Virus record (IMG/VR): IMGVR_UViG_3300003375_000001 | Location: 1 to 64,000 of that record | Direction: 5' to 3' (one strand) | DNA length: 64,000 nt | Source of the DNA: a virus | Taxonomy: Duplodnaviria; Caudoviricetes | Shown: piece after piece, positions 63,986-64,000 of the stretch | Layout: every line of letters begins with the position of its first letter | Position numbering within the stretch: position 1 is the first letter of the stretch | Notes under the pieces: model-generated | What the model was told of the DNA's origin: nothing | What the model saw: only the letters and a program-made list of their open reading frames with translations | Databases searched by the model: none | Made by a program: the position numbers and the translations under genes

Positions 63986-64000
63986 GGAAACAGAATGTCT

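Noticed and set aside
1-64000. Stop-codon reassignment (alternative genetic code)
   Set aside because: Conserved genes (helicase, denV, GH19, MCP, spikes) are full-length under the standard code, and TAA, TGA and TAG all serve as stops.

Overview
The window is a segment of a large tailed (jumbo-type, probably myoviral) bacteriophage genome; no host chromosomal genes were seen. The left arm (1-13.7 kb) is a dense minus-strand array of small accessory genes, including a winged-HTH protein, a GNAT, a C39-like peptidase and small paralog families, and it ends in a Dda/RecD-like SF1B helicase. Gene orientation flips at an A-rich intergenic region containing a 12-bp inverted repeat (~13.9 kb). The first plus-strand gene encodes a 548-aa protein carrying the motifs of filamentous-phage gene II/X rolling-circle initiators, followed by an orphan RelB/DinJ-type antitoxin, denV, two DUF6527-like genes and an HTH gene nested inside another ORF. 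From 27.4 to 58.1 kb lies a ~31-kb adsorption-apparatus cluster with at least 11 fibre/spike-like genes in three N-terminal docking families. Six of these share one ~90-aa N-terminal module fused to different SGNH-esterase, beta-helix or Ig-like bodies. A holin/GH19 lysis cassette and a ferritin-like gene are embedded in the cluster. The window ends with head genes (Zn-ribbon scaffold-like protein, decoration-like protein, major capsid protein), a ~190-nt structured intergenic element closed by a 19-bp perfect duplex that encloses a short hydrophobic ORF, and neck/tail-completion-like genes. The MCP style recalls RSL1/Lu11-like jumbo phages (from memory, not verified). All family calls come from reading motifs by eye; no database search was run.
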